Notes under the pieces: generated by a model | What the model saw: only the letters and a program-made list of their open reading frames with translations | Told to the model about the DNA's origin: nothing | The model's database searches: none | Origin: Amoebidium appalachense | Lineage: Eukaryota > Protista > Ichthyosporea | NCBI GenBank assembly: GCA_963693365.1 | Contig: CAVNZM010000007.1 | Location: forward strand, 4,523,962 to 4,587,961 | DNA: 64,000 bases | Direction: 5' to 3' | Part shown: positions 15,275 to 32,466 of the stretch, piece by piece | How positions within the stretch are numbered: position 1 is the stretch's first letter | Layout: the number at the start of each line of letters is the position of its first letter | Translations under genes and position numbers: made by a program

Positions 15275-16943
15275 GGAGGCTAGACCCCATCAAAAATGTA
15301 TCCACAGTTACCCTCTCTCATCGCCTTCACACACTGTGTCACAAGAGTATCGATTTGCTCCCCTACGGGTTCAACCAAGCCTCCTCTCACAGCACTTATA
15401 AAGTTTTATTTCAGGGCTTACCCCTCCCCCCCCCAACCACCTATGCCAGTGCCATGTTTCTTCTCCCACTACACAGCAGGTGTGGTCTCAGCGACCATAG
15501 ACCCCCCCTCCCCACCAGGCTGTTGTAATATCAGAACCCTAAGGCTTGGAAGTGGACACAAGAGACAAGCAACAATCACAGAATTTGTTTTCATCAGCCG
15601 TAAAGGGGCCGTAAACGGGTGCGTAAAACTTGGCAGATATATACAGTTTAGTACTTGCATCCCGGTATGCAGCGATTCCCGACCCTGTGCGTCGACGCAC
15701 ATGCCACCAACGCCACCATTCCCAGGGGAGGAAAGCATAATGCGGTTCCCACTGTACGTGCGTGCAAACATATGAACTAACACGCACGCACACACACGTT
15801 GGTGTGGACGCAAACGTGCTAGTAATTGCACACACACACACACACATACAAATCCCTAGACCCAATCACACAGATGCTCGAATGCAACTATATAATCGTT
15901 TACTTACAAACCTGGCTATGGGCGTGATCTTGTGCGCATTGCACCGGGTCCCTCAAAAACACACACAAACACACCCACACGTGTACTTCTGCATGCCCCC
16001 CCCCCCCTCACAGTCGAGCCAAACTGGCACACACCCACAAATTCCCTACTAAAGGGTATTTTTCGACACAGACCAAAAGAATAGCACACACACTGATCTG
16101 ACACTCACAGACACAGGCAACAAAAGTTCCACTTGATTTTCAAAGCCAACTCTTACACGATTTCGAGATCTGGTCTCTGCAACGGATTTGAGGTACAGTT
16201 CTTTATTTCTTCATAAGTGCTGTCAAAGTTACAGAAACCCCTCTGAGGGACACATACTGTTCCCTACGTGTGCCCCTAGGTAGTCACTCTGGGCACCGTA
16301 TGTTGTAATACGTAGTATCTACATATTGTAAGATCCTCTCAGTTCGTGTTATGTTTTCGTTCATTTACTTAGTGTAAAAGAATGTGCTCCTTGTACGTAA
16401 ATTATGATCGATCTCCAGTGTGTTTGAATACTTGTAATCGTGCTGTGTCGACTATATTCGTGTGTTTAGATATCGATCACAGCAACTGATTATAGGTACA
16501 CGAGTCTACCCAGTGAGGGAGAAACGTGTACATGTTTATGTGTACATGAATATCTTCGGTTACAACTGTGTTTTCGTGTTCGTGTTTTCTGTCCTGCTTT
16601 CTTTTCTTTTTTCCTCCTCCTTCTTCTTTCTTTTCTCTTTCTTTTCTCCCTTGTTTTCTTTCACATAATTATACTTCTTTCTCACAAATATACGTTGAGT
16701 ACATTTATATTACTTGTTATGTTTTGATTGGTAGAAAAAAACACTTAGGCTACACTTTAGCTTGTCATGTATGATTCATAGCTTAGTCAACCACTTTTGT
16801 TTTGTGTGTTGCCGTACTGTATCCAATCAGTAGACTTAGTCAGAAAATGTCTGAGTCTTTGTAGCCGGTGATAGGTTAGAAACATCACCTCTTTCCTCGT
16901 TACTTTTCACCTCATTACTTTCTTATAGCTGTGACCTATGGTG

Positions 16944-18303
16944 TGTGCTAGAAGCCGCGCGACATTGATCACGCACCGACGTGATTCGTAACAATCCAAT
17001 CAGAGCCCTCTCCGTTTGCGCAAACGGAGAGGGCTCTGATTGGATTGTTACGCATCACGTCGGTGCGTGATCAATGTCACGCGGCTTCAGGTTACCACTC
17101 ACGACTACCCATTGACATACTCCTTCCAAAACCAAACACACAGACTGTGCAACCCGAAGAGGATGCAGTGAAGGATATGATCACAAAACTGCAAGAAGCC
17201 AGACGACTTGCAGATGAAAACATACGTTATGCAAAGCAAATACAGCAAGACATGCATAACAGAAACACGAATGTATTCACATACCAGCCTAACCAACTCG
17301 TATGGGTATACACACCGACAACAAAACCATACAGAACTCGACATTTCACAAACTTCTGGCATGGCCCATACACAGTGGTACGACAGTTACCACACAACCC
17401 CCATACACATACGAATTGGCTGAGCCTAACGGCACACAGGTAACCTCCCCAGTGCACCATGACAGACTCAAGCCATACTATGATAGGTCAGTCAGACCAA
17501 TTGACCACCCACTACAAGGTGGTTATGTCCCCCCACCGCCGAACACACAACCCCAACAACCACGACAGTATCCTACTTATGCCTCCAAACCATGGATCAT
17601 AAGAGAACACTACTGGAATCATGCAGAACAAACAACGTTCTTTAAAGTCCACCTTCCTAAATGGCTCAGAAGCTTGGGTAGATGCCACACACCCACTGTG
17701 GCAAGACCCCCTCTCCCAAGCTCTCCTCCAACAATACTGGGACTCATAAGCATGATCAAAACGAATTATTAAACTTTGACACAAAAACACACACACTCGC
17801 TCTCTGGTCTTTATGTACCATGTGTCACCGTTACCGATGGGGCCTAGGACACGACGCCCTTGGGGTTTCGTGAGAGTGTTTTCCCCCAAAAACCTGGAGT
17901 TTAGTGGCAACACTTCATAAACAACAACCACTCGCACATAGCACAAAAAAAAAAAAAAAAAAAAAAAAAAGGATAGAAAAGAAAGCACACGACTATGGGT
18001 GGACCTCACACCTACACGACCACAGTACACACACCTCACAAAGACACGTGCAAGCTTCAGGGACGAAGCTTTTCTTTGTCGGGGGGATGTGCTAGAAGCC
18101 GCGCGACATTGATCACGCACCGACGTGATGCGTAACAATCCAATCAGAGCCCTCTCCGTTTGCGCAAACGCGCCAACTACGAATCTATGGTTTCTTCGTT
18201 CAAGGGTCCCACCGACACTCGTTACGCCGACAACCAAATAAAAAGACGAGCCTAAAGCGTACCCGCTTTAGTCTCGGAAAGGACTACAAACATACTGTTC
18301 ACA
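16944..18303 (+). mobile_element. deleted Ty3/Gypsy LTR retrotransposon: LTR start, integrase C-terminus, PPT, 3' LTR
   Basis: Integrase tail LQEARRLADENI..QPNQLVWVY..FWHGPYTVV..[fs]..YELAEPNG..VHHDRLKPYY (GPY/F module). Purine tract gtcgggggga lies directly before TGTGCTAG at 18088; AATAAA ~18237. The 3' end at ..TTCACA 18303 is tentative. Confidence 0.75.
16951..17088. repeat. 138-bp spacerless palindrome (69-bp arms, 2 mismatches) built from the start of a Gypsy LTR
   Basis: Centre tccgtttgc|gcaaacgga at 17019/17020; the left arm recurs directly at 18088-18170. Confidence 0.95.
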
Positions 18304-19904
18304 GTGTCTTTCCATTCTTTAGAGGTGTGCGTTCCTGTGTCTCCGGGTCTATCCGGGAAATAATCAGTTAATTGTGATTGGTTATTTTAGACATAGATCT
18401 GATTTCCGACTGGTCGGAAATCATGTATGGATTTGACTTAAGGGAATTTCAAGTATTTATGCGAGATCGAAATAAATTGAGTTCAGTCGTGTCTAAACAT
18501 TGATGTCTGTTGTGTACACTGCTCCGATCGTTCTGTGTTTTGTTGTTGTGTGTCTGTGGTGTTTTCACACGCAGTGCCTACGAATAAGTGCCCGTTCCAC
18601 GTTTACGGGTTTCTGTGGAGGGAAAGGAGGAGAGTAATTAGACAATGGGAAGGGCTCACGCTCGAAGTGACTTGGGTGCTAAAATTTCTCGTGCCCACTA
18701 GAAAGGGAAATAACTTGAAAGCTGAAGGCTTACACTTGAGATGAATTACTTGCTGATTTTTCTAGTTGTGACTAGAAATGTCGTCACTTTTGTCTGGAGG
18801 TTAGGATTTCGAGTTGAAATAGAAAATGATGTCATTCTGACGTCATCTTAACGTGAGGCTGTGTGGGTGCAGTGGTTTCACGTGATGCACAGGAGGGGAA
18901 AGGGAAGTCTTGCTGTTATAAAAAGAGGCCACAGACTATGGCTTGTGAGGAAGGGGGACAGAGTAAAGAGGATGAGGAGGGGGCTGTTGCCGTACGGTGT
19001 ACCATAATGAGGGAGGGGGATGGCCGGGTGTGTGTGTGTGTGTGTGGTTGTGTGTGTGTGTGTGTGTGTGTGATTGTGTGTGTGTGTGATTGTGTGTATG
19101 TTGTAGATGGGGAAGTAGATGACACGGAGTGGTAATTTAATAATAGTACTCGGGCTTGTACACCATGTATTTATAGTTAGGTAAATGTATAAAACCGTGA
19201 ACAGGCAGCGTGAATAGAACCAGTGAGCTTACAAGGGTGCTCTGCCAACGTTAGTAACACCAAAATGAACGGTGACCTAAGGAGCGCATCACCACACGTT
19301 CATTTGCTAAGCGTTGGTCTAGAATGTAAAAATACACACTAGCGGACTTAGTCCCTGCCTTAGGCGTCCCAAGTAGCTACACGCGAACTGGTTCGAGCCG
19401 GTGTATGGCTATGTGTTATAGTGAACACTGTGATCAATGGTACACGGTAATCGGTAAAGTGAGGTTTTCGATGGTCAAACAAACCTTATTGTATCCGAAA
19501 TTCAATAGCGTGGGCTAATCAGCGAATCTGATAGGTCATAACTCAACAGCGGGGGTACATTCAAGGGATCTTATACGTCTAAATGTGATACATTCGGGCC
19601 ATTACATTGGGTGAGGATAAAACCAACATTCTTGAATAACAGATATATTGTGAGGAATTAATATTTAGTAAACCCATAGAAACTCCGGAAATGAGAAAAG
19701 GTTGGAAAAACTGAATTTAAGAAGAAATGACTAAAGAAATTACATATCTATCTATAGAAGCGGTGCCGGGTGTGTGTGCGCGGTGCCGGGTGTGTGCGCG
19801 CGAAGGTGAGAATTCGGTATGGTACTTGGGAATGTGGTCATGTTGTTGTGGATTGTGATCAAAGTGTAGTGAACGAGCGCGATCGGATATTAATAGAGAG
19901 GAAA

Positions 19905-19934
19905 ATAGGGAGGGAGAGGGGGAGAGAGAGGGAG

Positions 19935-20012
<78 letters not shown>

Positions 20013-20080
20013 TAGCAAAAAGAAACAGAAAAAGAAAAAGAAAAAGAAAAGGAAAAGGAAAAGGAAAAAGAAGAGGAAAA
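19905..20080. repeat. (GA)n and (GAAAAA/GGAAAA)n microsatellite
   Basis: Directly visible. Confidence 0.9.
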
Positions 20081-20767
20081 AGATATGTGTGTCTGCACAT
20101 GTGTGTGTGTGTGTTTTTTTGTGAGTTGGGAGTGAGGTGTGTGCATGTATTTGTACGTGTATTTTGGGGGGGGGGGGGGGGGGGGGGGCTACGTGTTTGT
20201 TGTGTGTTTGGGAAGAAAAGTTAGTGTTGATGTAATCATGATCACATGGAGAACCATGAGCAAGTACGAAATCTATGTCAAAGTATTTAGATTATTTTAA
20301 AGAGAAATATGGGGAGAGAGAAAGAACTGTTAGCGGGAGAGGGTTGTTAGTTGATGTACCTGTCGGGGTGTGTGTATGAATGTGTGACAGTGTGTGACAG
20401 TGTGTGGGTGTGGGTGTGGGTGTGTATAGATGTGTGTGCATGGGTGTGTGTGTGTGTGTGTGTGGTTGTATGCTTGTTTGCATCGAGCAGTGTATTGACG
20501 TGACGGGGGTTTGTTTATGGGGAGATGGGGAGGAGGGGGAAAAAGGTGTGTATATTAAATAAAAAAATAAATAAAAAAAATAAAAAAGGAGGGGGGGGGG
20601 AAGGTGGGTTTTGGTTGGGGATGGGGGAAAAGGGGGGGGGGGGGGGGAAGGAAGGGGAAAGGGAAGGGAAAGAAGGGGGGGGGGGGAGGGAGGGGGGGGG
20701 GGGGGAAGGGAGAAAAGGGTAAGGGAAGAAAAAGGGGTAAAGCTGTGGAGGTTAGTGTATTAGTGAG

Positions 20768-21367
20768 TTAGTGTGAAGGGAGGGGGAGATCCCATAGGGA
20801 TTGATAGCACTCCTGGTAGGTGGGTGCAGGCATACGTGATTGGAGGGGTTTGAAGGCTGCCACTAGAATGGAGAGGGGGTAGTGCAAAGAGTGGAATTCG
20901 AGGGCAAGAAGGAGAATTTGGGGGAGGAAGTAGGGGGGGTGAGAGGTATTGACCCAAACTCTAATGAATGCACAGTGACGGTGGCCTGCTTGGAGGCATT
21001 AGATTGGTATGCATGCCAGTGTTTGAAACGAATGATGGATTGTACCGACCCTGCTAGAAGGGAAGCGTGGTTTTTGTTGTGGTAAGAGCAGTGTAACCCG
21101 TAGTTGGTGATGGTGATATCTACCTCAAGCTGTTTGTAGGTGTAGGAATCTGGTTCTAATTCAAGGAGTGAGAGCTGAGGGGTAGCATGAGTGAATGAAT
21201 GCTCGTTTTAGGGGAGTCACCAGGGGGATGTGGTGGGCCGAAGTGAGGGGGGTGACAGCTAGCCAATATGCGTCATCTACATATCTGGCTCCTGCGATCA
21301 CAAGGCGCATGAAATATGCCTGTTCCCGTAGGGAGAGGATCATGATTTGCTCACTGTGTGCACACAC
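20768..21367 (-). mobile_element. Penelope-like retroelement RT C-terminal fragment (frameshifted) ending in a stop with no endonuclease downstream
   Basis: ARYVDDAYWL, CYPS, LEVDITI..YHNKN..IRFKHWHAYQSNASKQATV, LEFHSLHYPLSIL; stop TAA at 20768-20770. Confidence 0.65.
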
Positions 21368-21389
21368 TCATCAGCAAACTTCCCGGAAG

Positions 21390-22570
21390 TATTGCCAACG
21401 TATTTTTTGCTATTGGAGCTATTGGCGATATTGGCAATAGAACCCCTTGCCACCAATAGGAACGCCATATTGCAATAATATTGCTTTGGTATTGTCAATG
21501 GTAATACAGTACCAATACCCTCTATTGTCGATATCCCGCTGATATGAATATATTATCCAGTATATGTTACATCAATATCGCCAATACATTAGAGTGCCAT
21601 TACATTACCATTGCATTACTATTGCGCTAGCATTATAGACGTATTGCCAATATCAATTATACCCGGGCGATATTACAATAACAACCAAATAATATCAAAA
21701 ATACAGATAATGATATGGATAATACTGTATTTTCGCATTGTAGTTGCACTATGAACGAATTATTAACGAATAAATGTCCAAAAATAAATTTCCTTACATA
21801 CCATATATGGTATATAAGACTATTGGTCCGTTATGTCCACACCAATCAAATTGAGTGCGGGGATGAACCATGCATGTGCATAACGGCAGATCGTAATCCC
21901 CCATACTCCCTAACTCCCGATACTCAGTGGGGGCCGATAATCCTACATATGAAATTTGATCAATTACATAGTGAAATTTCAAAATGAACCCTTTGTCCTT
22001 AATGTATTGCCAATATGTAATTCATAGAAATACAAAGATTTAAATATCAAGAAACATATAAACAATGTATTGCCAACATATGATCCAACTATAATCAATA
22101 TATAAATGCGGTATCGCCGATAGGTTGCTTATATATCGTGAGTATATTGATGACATAAACAGAGGTATGATTAATACACTCCCAACACATTACAAATAAG
22201 GAATATGTAAGTATGTTCCGTATCAAGCATATATTGCCAACATACGAATGATACCACCACCATAAAGATATAAGTGTTGATAATGCATTACATATATATT
22301 ATAAATATCACACTATATTATCCAAATACATTGCCAATAAATTGATAATGGGAACGAATGCATGCAAAGTACAGTATAAGTGCGCTTATAATATGAAAGG
22401 CATATCGGAGTAACGTCTTATATCTAAGAATAATACGTATGACGAACATTGCCAATGTATTAACAATAACTTTATTGATACCTCAATCACATGCTCAATA
22501 TATTGGCAATATGCACACGGTACGGTAAGCACAGCCCCATGATCATTGCAATGTATTGCCAATGTATTGC
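21390..22570. repeat. AT-rich tract with >=15 dispersed TATTGCCAATA-like interrupted palindromes
   Basis: Copies at about 21390, 21429, 21576, 21642, 22005, 22068, 22112, 22233, 22329, 22447, 22501, 22554 and others. Confidence 0.7.
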
Positions 22571-22626
22571 ACATGTCGACATCCATACGTGTTCCGTATG
22601 GTCACTTTATTAACTTCGGTTGGATA

Positions 22627-22735
22627 GTGGCATCAAGCACACAAGTAAACAACACAACTAATATACCACCCCAGGTGGCATCCTACAGCACACAAGTTAA
22701 CAACACAACTAACATACCACCCCAGGTGGCATCCA
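22627..22735. repeat. ~50-bp tandem repeat (2 copies plus partial)
   Basis: gtggcatc..agcacacaagt(a/t)aacaacacaactaa(t/c)ataccaccccag repeated. Confidence 0.8.
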
Positions 22736-22954
22736 TTCTCTACTATCTACTTTATCTCGCATCTCGTATCAACATTACTCTTATGCAAACAAAAAATATC
22801 AAAAAGAATCATGAAAAAAAAAAGAAGAAAAAAGAAGAAAAAAGAAAAAGAAAACCACCACACAAGCACAACAGGCTGGGCTGGGGCAACACAGAAACGA
22901 AAAACGGAAACAACAGCAGCCATAGGACAAAGAGCCGGTACCCACCTCTAGAGT

Positions 22955-23794
22955 GGCAAAAAAAGAGTCGACAGAACGAACCTCAAACATAGTAAGGACG
23001 GAAACCCGGACCAGAACTTATAAGTCTAGAGAAGCAGAAAATAGCTTGAACGACTGGTGGAGGGGATGATAGCTATAGTGCTAACAGCAAAAGTAGTGCC
23101 CACAGTCGCTGGTTCATGAACGTGAAAAGGCAACGTGCATCTGCAGCCAGCAGGCACACGCACACGCACGCACACACATACACACACACGCACACAGACA
23201 CAGACATAATCACAGGCACGGACACAGACCAGACAGACAAACGCCACATGCACAAAATTAGGCAACACAAACCTAACCTTCAAACGGCCTTTCAGCCGTT
23301 AGGCGAAGAAGCTGCAGCATGCAGCATGGTCGAAACCATTCAGCACGGTGGCTGCGCGACCTGCGGAGGGCAAAAAAAGAGTCGACAGAACCAACCTCAA
23401 ACTTAGTAAGGACGGAAACCCGGACCAGAACTTATGAAGTCTAGAGAAGCAGAAAATAGCTTGAACGACTGGGGGAGGGGATGATAGCTATAGTGCTAAC
23501 AGCACAAGTAGTGCCCACAGTCGCTGGTTCATGAACGTGAAAAGGCAACGTGCATCTGCAGCCAGCAGGCACACGCACACGCACGCACACACATACAATC
23601 ACACGCACACAGACACAGACACAGACACAGACATAATCACAGGCACGGACACAGACCAGACAGACAAACGCCACATGCACAAAAGCAGGCAACACAAAAC
23701 TAACCTTCAAACGGCCTTTCAGCCGTTAGGCGAAGAAGCTGCAGCATGCAGCATGGTCGAAACCATTCAGCACGGTGGCTGCGCGACCTGCGGA
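22955..23794. repeat. ~415-bp tandem duplication
   Basis: Unit starting ggcaaaaaaagagtcgacagaac at ~22955 and ~23369; both end gcgcgacctgcgga. Confidence 0.9.
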
Positions 23795-23920
23795 TGGGAC
23801 CTGTGACCAGGCGACCTGCGGGAGGCGACCTGCGGGAAGGGAACTGCGACCAGGCGACCTGCGGGAAGGGACCTGCGACCTGGCGACCTGCGGGAAAGGA
23901 CCTGCGGACCTGCGGGAAGG
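23783..23920. repeat. short GC-rich GACCTGCG(GGA) array
   Basis: About ten gacctgcg-like units. Confidence 0.8.
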
Positions 23921-24084
23921 GGGAAGAGAAATGGAGCAAACAACGTGCGTACAGGCTTAAACGGACAAAAAATTGCAAACCGGATTGGGTTTAGCCAATC
24001 ACTATTTGCTATCAGAAGCGGATTCCCATGGTGTACATAATGTGATTGGATCGATTCTCGGCGGATCGGTGAGGTTGGCGATAT

Positions 24085-27838
<3,754 letters not shown>

Positions 27839-28319
27839 ATATGGTGGACATATTTCGGACACCGTTGCCATACGTTCCGACGGAGCTTAAGTTATTACGT
27901 TAACGCTGTTTACTCGAGGCCTATCCCCGCTTTACGTAGAAAGGTCATGTGTGGGGGAAGATGTGAACACCCAGACGTGTATGTACACCCGGGCAGGCCT
28001 GTGTACTCGTTGTTATGTTAATAGTTGGTTGATGGAGTACATCTTCAACGCGACGTATACACGCGTGCGTGCGATTCAGGAAGGGGTCCCCATATGGCTC
28101 TCGTATTATTTATATTCGTGTGATATATATATTCTATGTACTATCTTTTACCAATATACGTTACGTATTGGTACAATATCACCAATACTAATTAAATATC
28201 GTCACGCGTGATGGTGATCGCATCCATGTAGCTCTGCAGCAGTGTGTGTGTGTGGTGCGTGTGTGTGTGGTGTGGAGAGGCGGCCTGGGGTGGGGGGGGG
28301 GGGGGGGGAGGGGCCCGGT

Positions 28320-28365
<46 letters not shown>

Positions 28366-28618
28366 GAGGCAAATACCAGACAGTGATGCATAATTGCACA
28401 TTCTTTTGCAGCTACAGTTTGATGATATTTACCCACCGTGTGCACCAAACATGTGACCCCAGTCTTCCGAGGTGGTGTCACAGGTGGGCGCCAACACCAA
28501 TAAATTGACTGGTGACGGGTGTACAACCAAAGAAACTCAGCAGCACATATAATCACGTTGATGCTATACCCTGCCTAGTTAACGTAATAATAAGTGCACC
28601 ATCGCACGCGTGACCCCC

Positions 28619-28656
<38 letters not shown>

Positions 28657-28736
28657 GGGGGGGGGGGTGTTTTTGCCGCGCGGTACCCCTGATATTGTAG
28701 GTGTACACTGCCCCCAAAACCCCAACTGTGTGCTGA

Positions 28737-30975
28737 ATATCTCGTGCTAGGAAACCAATAACGCGAAACTAACACATGCCGCATGATATATGATATATAT
28801 GGTACAAGGGGGGTTTCAATCCGGGCTACAATGATGTGCTTTTTTCGTGTGACCCTCGTACTCCAGAGGCACATTCACCATCCCCCCCATAAACTTTGTG
28901 GTAAATTTCTCGTGCTAGAAGCTGTTCTGTGGGTAGTTATTGAAAAAACCAATAATGTCTAGGTAACACATGTACATATATTATGCTACAAGGGGGGTTC
29001 TATACGAGCTACAACGTTGTGTTTTTTCCGTGTGACCCTCGTACTCCAAGGGCACATTCACCATCCCCCCCATAAACTGTGTGGTAAATTTCTCGTGCTA
29101 GAAGCTGTTCTGTGGGTAGTTATCGAAAAAACCAATAATGTCTAGGTAACACATGTACATATACTATGCTACAAGGGGGGTTCTATACGAGCTACAACGT
29201 TGTGTTTTTTTCGTGTGACCCTCGTACTCCAGGGGCACATTCACCATCCCCCCCATAAACTTTGTGGTAAATGTCTCGTGCTAGAAGCTGTTCTGTTGGT
29301 AGTTATTGAAAAAACCAATAATGTGTAAGTAACACATGTACATATATTATGCTACAAGGGGGGTTCTATTCGAGCTACAACGTTGTGTTTTTTTGAGTGA
29401 CCCTCGTACTCCAGGGGCACATTCACCATCCCCCCCATAAACTGTGTGGTAAATGTCTCGTGCTAGAAGCTGTTCTTGTGCCGTCACTCTTTACTCGCCC
29501 CAGCAAGGGGATAGATTACTTGCTGTGTCGTGTGTAGATGCCTAGGCTGCATACACAAACACATGTGCTCTCCAAGGAGACACATTTTAGATGGCAGGCC
29601 ATCACCACAGTCACTCAAGGGAGGGTGGGCGGGAAAAACAAAATACTTAACTAGAGAAAACAACCGTTTACGGGCCTCAGGAGGCCCTGCCAACTTGCTA
29701 GACTAAGGACACATTCTGCTCAGGAGCAGTGCCAGCGACTGAGAGGCCTACGAATCTGCGGGCTAGCGGTTTATATACACGCAGGATAAGGCTCACAACA
29801 TCCGATTGGCTACAGGGGAATGTAAAGACCAAATATGGCTAAACTTAAACAGGACCAATCATTGCACTTACATTTACGTACAGAGAAGTAATTGGCTAAG
29901 CCATACCTAGAGACTAACCAATCGGAATGCAAAGTAGCTGGCAGTTCGAATTCCACATGTCACTTCGTCGTCGTGGCTGCGGCCGTTCCTCAAAGAAAAC
30001 CCGTTTAAAAACGAACCATTCTGTTGGTAGTTATTGAAACTGAAACCAATAATGTGCAAGTAACACATGTACATATATTATGCTACAAGGGGGGTTCTAT
30101 TCGAGCTACAACGTTGTGTTTTTTTCGTGTGACCCTCGTACTCCAGGGGCACATTCACCATCCCCCCAATAAACGTTTTGGTATATTTCTCGTGCTAGAG
30201 GCTGTTCTGTGGGAAGTTATTGAAAAACCCAAAAATGTCTAGGTAACACATGGACATATACTATGCTACAAGGGGGGTTCTATACGAGCTACAACGTTGT
30301 GTTTTTTTCGTGTGACCCTCGTACTCCAGGGGCACATTCACCATTCCCCCCATAAACGTTGTGGTAAATGTCTCGTGCTAGAAGCTGTTCTGTGGGTAGT
30401 TATTGGAAAAACCAATAATGTGTAAGTAACACATGTACATATATTATGCTACAAGGGGGGTTCTATTCGAGCTACAACGTTGTGTTTTTTTCGTGTGACC
30501 CTCGTACTCCAGGGGCACATTCACTATCCCCCCCATAAACGTTGTGGTAAATGTCTCGTGCTAGAAGCTGTTCTGTGGGTAGTTATTGAAAAACCAATAA
30601 TGTGTAAGTAACACTTGTACATATACTATGCTACAAGGGGGGTTCTATTCGAGCTACAACCTTGTGTTTTTTTCGTGTGGCCCTCGTACTCCAGGGGCAC
30701 ATTCACCATCCCCCCCATAAACTTTGTGGCAAATTTCTCGTGCGAGAGGCTGTTCTGTGGGTAGTTATTGAAAAAACCAAAAATGCCTAGGTAACACATG
30801 GACATATACTATGCTACAAGGGGGGTTCTATACGAGCTACAACGTTGTGTTTTTTTCGTGTGACCCTCGTACACCAAGGGCACATTCACCATTCCTCCTT
30901 ATAATTTGTGGTGAATTTATCGTGCTAGAAGCTACTCTGTGGGTAGTTAGTGAAAAAACCCGATGCTTATAAGTA
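28737..30975. repeat. ~183-bp tandem satellite, about 9-10 monomers, interrupted by an insertion
   Basis: ctcgtgctagaag recurs at 28909, 29092, 29275, 29457, then ~30188, 30373, 30555, 30737, 30920. Confidence 0.95.
29473..30021 (-). mobile_element. solo A-B split-repeat remnant of a YR retrotransposon (sister family), inserted at TTC
   Basis: Begins ttcttgtgccgtcactctttactcgccccagcaaggggata, compared with the family-1 end ttcttatgccaacgtcgtctttaccagccccagcaaggggata. TTC is present at both ends; neighbouring monomers show the empty site gaagctgTTCtgt. Confidence 0.75.
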
Positions 30976-31209
30976 ACGCATGCACAAATTGTCATCATAG
31001 CATTATACTACCATAGTAGTAGTTGGTCGACAATAACGATATCTTGGGAACGTGGACACCATATTGTAAACCAAAAAATAATAGCACCATAATATACTAC
31101 ACATACCTAACAATGTATTGTGAATGAATAAAATACTTGCTTACGTGCTGGTAACATACGAGAAACAAGGATTCTCTCGCTCTTTTTTTCTTTCTTTTTT
31201 GTTTGTTTT

Positions 31210-31270
<61 letters not shown>

Positions 31271-31619
31271 AAGGGGGGGGGGGGGGGGGGGGTCGTTTTG
31301 CAGATATATCGACTAGAGTCCCTCATCAGGGGACACATTCACAGTACTTTATTAAGATCGGCCTTCAAGGCCAAAAAAGCTCAATCTCGAGTAAGATTAG
31401 ATAGCATTTTATGAGGCCGGCCAGGCCTTAAATACAAAAAGGAGAAAAAACAACACACAGTTAAACATAGATCTAATATTAGCTAAATCAATCGACACAC
31501 TGGTACATTGCCTGGAGTAAACAGCATCTATCCCACTGGTACATGTACTGTCATCATCCAACCAACACCCGTGTAGTACCTTTGTCAAGCGTTCCTACGA
31601 TACTACATAAGAGAAGAGA

Positions 31620-31896
31620 GGGTTATATGTGTACGTGTGTACGTGTGTACGTGTGTGTGTATGTGTGTATGTGTGAGGGAGGGAGGGAGGGAGGGTTGGG
31701 AGGGAGGGAGGGGAGGGAGGGTTGGGAGGGAGGGAGGGAGGGAGGGGGGGAGGGAGGGAGAGAGGGAGGGAGAGAAAGAGAGAAAGAGAGAGAGTGTGCA
31801 TGTCTGTATGTGTGTGTGTGTGTGTGTGTGTGTTCGCGTGTGTGTGTGAGTGCATATGTGAGTGTGCATGTGCATGTGCATGTGCATGTGCATGTG

Positions 31897-31938
<42 letters not shown>

Positions 31939-32435
31939 TGTGTGAAGGAGGGAGGGAGGGAGGGAGGGAGGGAGGGAGGGAGGGAGGGAGGGAGGGAGGG
32001 AAGGGAGGGAGGGACGGAGGGAGGGAGGGAGGGATGGTTGGGAGGGAGGGGAGGGAGGGGGGAGGGAGGGAGGGAGGGAGGGAGAGAAAGAGAGAGAGAC
32101 AGTGTGTGTGTGTGCATATCTGTATATGTGTGTGTGTGTGCGTGTTTGCGTGTGTGTGTGTGTGTGCATATGTGAGTGTGCATGTGCATGTGTGTGTGTC
32201 TGTGTGTGCATATGTGCATGTGTGTGTGTGTGTGTGTGTATGCGTGTCTGTGTCTGATGTGTGGATGTCTGTGTATGTTGTGTGTGTGTGTATGTCTGTG
32301 TGTGTGTATGTGCTCAGTTGAAAGGGAAGGGGGGGAGAGGGGGGATGCACCGTGTGTGTGCATGTGTGCACGTGTGTGTGTGTGTGCTCTGTGGAGAGGG
32401 AAGGGGAGGGGGGAAATGCACCGTGTGTGTGCATG

Positions 32436-32466
<31 letters not shown>

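Noticed and set aside
28737-30975. CRISPR-like periodicity
   Set aside because: Whole ~183-bp monomers repeat with no unique spacers, the context is eukaryotic and there are no cas genes.
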